Positions 62,212 to 64,000 of a stretch of 64,000 nt of DNA are shown here, one piece after another (the first letter of the stretch is position 1; each line of letters starts with the position of its first letter). Under the pieces are notes generated by a model. It had not been told where the DNA came from. It did no database searches and saw only the letters and a program-made list of their open reading frames with translations. This stretch comes from an uncultured Methanosarcinales archaeon (lineage in GTDB: Archaea; Nanobdellota; Nanobdellia; Woesearchaeales; JABMPP01), in contig CAZSAD010000003.1 of NCBI GenBank assembly GCA_964604995.1, forward strand, positions 1 through 64,000, read 5' to 3'. The translations under genes and the position numbers were made by a program.

Positions 62212-64000
62212 TTATTGATTATTAAGTTTCTTTTTTAATTCAATTATCAAATGGTAGGCTTTAGCTCTTTTATCAGAATCAAGTTTTGCATAAATATCCC
62301 TTATTTCATTATAAATTCTTTGCACAGACTCAAAATCCTGTGCTTCAAAAGCAGTATGAGTATCATTAATTTTTCTTTCGAGAATATTCATTTCAGATAG
62401 TATCTCTTTTATTTCAGATTTAACTTCTCTTTCAACTTTTTGCTCTTTAATATCTTCAGATTTATTTTCTTTTAGTGCCTTACTCAATTTTTTTTCAAGT
62501 TTTTTCTTTGCAGCCTTAGACATTGGCAGTTTTTGCATTTCTTTTTCCATTTCTTTTTTTAGAGCAAAAAGCCTAGATTTTGTTTCCTGTTCTTCTTTTT
62601 GTTTTTGTTTTAGATTTTCCCAAAGTTTACTCATACTATCTTTCATTCTAAGCTCGTCCTCTAAAAGATGCTTTAATTTGTTTTCCTTTTGAAGAATTTT
62701 AGTTTCAATATCTTTATCAGCATTTTTAGCGAGGGCTTCGAGCTTGTCTAACTGTTCTTTTTTTTGGACAAGCCCTTCTTCTTTTCTTTTGACCTCTTTT
62801 TCCCATCCCTCTAATTTTAGTTTTTCAGAATTAAGATTTTTTTCAATTTCTTGTAATCTTTGATGTTCATTTGTAAAATAAGCTTCAAACTGCTTAGCTT
62901 TTGTTTGTTTATCAGAAAGTTCAATTTCAACTGCTTTTAGTTTTTCAATTGCTTGTGCATATTTTTTCTCTGAAATTTGTGCATCATGCTTTAATTTTTC
63001 TAGTTTTGCAACATCTTCTTTATGTTTTTTATGCACATTTTCTAAAAACTCAAAATCCAATGTTTTTTGTTTAGTTTTCTCCTGTAACAAAAGGAGTTCT
63101 TTCATTGTTGATTCATATGTTTTATTTGTTTTCAAAATTTGCCCTTCTAACTGACTAAGCTGTTTTTGTTTTTCTTTGACACTTAATGAAAGTTCTTTTT
63201 CCATAGTTATATGGTGCGAGATTACGCTTTGCAAAGAATTTTCTTTATCAACTAAACTAGTTTCTTTTTCATTTAGATTTTTTTCAAGAATTATAAGTTC
63301 ACTTTCTTTTTTATTAATTTCATCTTTAGAATTTTCCAATTGTTTTAGTTTATTATTAACTTCTAAACTTAGATTAGCAAGTTTTCTTTCTTTTTTCAAA
63401 AAATCCTCTTTTTTTAGTCTGAGCTCTTTTTCTAATTCTAAAAATTCTTTTTGTTTTTGTTCTGCTCTTTGTTCAATTAATTTAGATTCATGATTTTTCT
63501 GTTCTACTTCCAAGAGCATTTTGGCAAGAGATTTTTCCTTTTCATCAAACATTTTTTTTGCTTCTTTTTTTTCATTTACAAGATTTTTTATTTCTAAAGA
63601 TAAATTCTCTTTTTTTTGAAGAAGTAAATTTATTTTAACCTGTGCCAAATTTGTTTGTTTATCAAAATTAGTTTGTGCTAACAAAAGATTGTTGTTAAGT
63701 TCATTTAATTTAATCTCTTTTTCTTTTAACTCATTTGCTTTATCGACGTGCTTTTCTTCGATTTTAATTAATGCATTTTCTTTTTCTTTGTGCTTTTTAG
63801 CAATATCTAAAAGATGTTTTTTGATTTCATTCACAATGCGCTGTTTGCCTTCCATCTCAGTTTTGAGTTGGTCCATTGTCTGTAAATTTTCCCTATGTAA
63901 TAAATCAATATCTCTTTGTTCTTTTGCAATTAATTGTTTGCGCTTTTCTAAATCAAGTTCTAATTTTTCTATGTGTTTTAATCCTTGTGAGAAATTGTCT
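62212..64000 (-). CDS. Long coiled-coil protein (5' end beyond the window)
   Basis: E/K/L-rich heptads; frame stays open upstream of 63876 to the window edge. Confidence 0.75.
   Translation of the reverse strand, partial: DNFSQGLKHIEKLELDLEKRKQLIAKEQRDIDLLHRENLQTMDQLKTEMEGKQRIVNEIKKHLLDIAKKHKEKENALIKIEEKHVDKANELKEKEIKLNELNNNLLLAQTNFDKQTNLAQVKINLLLQKKENLSLEIKNLVNEKKEAKKMFDEKEKSLAKMLLEVEQKNHESKLIEQRAEQKQKEFLELEKELRLKKEDFLKKERKLANLSLEVNNKLKQLENSKDEINKKESELIILEKNLNEKETSLVDKENSLQSVISHHITMEKELSLSVKEKQKQLSQLEGQILKTNKTYESTMKELLLLQEKTKQKTLDFEFLENVHKKHKEDVAKLEKLKHDAQISEKKYAQAIEKLKAVEIELSDKQTKAKQFEAYFTNEHQRLQEIEKNLNSEKLKLEGWEKEVKRKEEGLVQKKEQLDKLEALAKNADKDIETKILQKENKLKHLLEDELRMKDSMSKLWENLKQKQKEEQETKSRLFALKKEMEKEMQKLPMSKAAKKKLEKKLSKALKENKSEDIKEQKVEREVKSEIKEILSEMNILERKINDTHTAFEAQDFESVQRIYNEIRDIYAKLDSDKRAKAYHLIIELKKKLNNQ

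Noticed and set aside
1..64000. CRISPR array, rRNA, transposase, integrase or provirus
   Set aside because: No regularly spaced repeats, long GC-rich RNA genes or mobile-element motifs were seen

Overview
AT-rich archaeal chromosomal segment, most consistent with a DPANN archaeon such as Woesearchaeota. This is an inference from TFB, Dph5, deoxyhypusine synthase, archaeal IleRS/AlaRS, AMP phosphorylase, Nre, BHB-type tRNA introns, GGTGA Shine-Dalgarno sites and class III signal-peptide surface proteins. From left to right it carries: a truncated Ddl-like ATP-grasp ligase preceded by two unannotated micro-ORFs (Asp-rich peptide, CPxCG zinc ribbon); a divergent glycogen/alpha-glucan cluster (debranching enzyme, NTP-transferase, GalT, GT3, GT4, GH57); a P2-type ATPase with an atypical TM4 motif; a Kef-type antiporter behind a long, apparently structured leader; AhpC; tRNA-Ser(GGA) with two introns; guaA; AMP phosphorylase; tRNA-Val(GAC); Trm112; TFB; a HemK-kinase fusion; a pilin-like protein plus a 1825-aa Cys-rich surface protein; a degenerate Prs; ileS; dph5; nfi; alaS; Nre; two tandem SET-domain methyltransferases; dhs with a duplicated 3' end; a TGA-interrupted isochorismatase; and a truncated coiled-coil protein. 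Two 10-N scaffold gaps artificially split single genes. No CRISPR array, rRNA, integrase or transposase was seen. All calls come from motif reading, not database searches.
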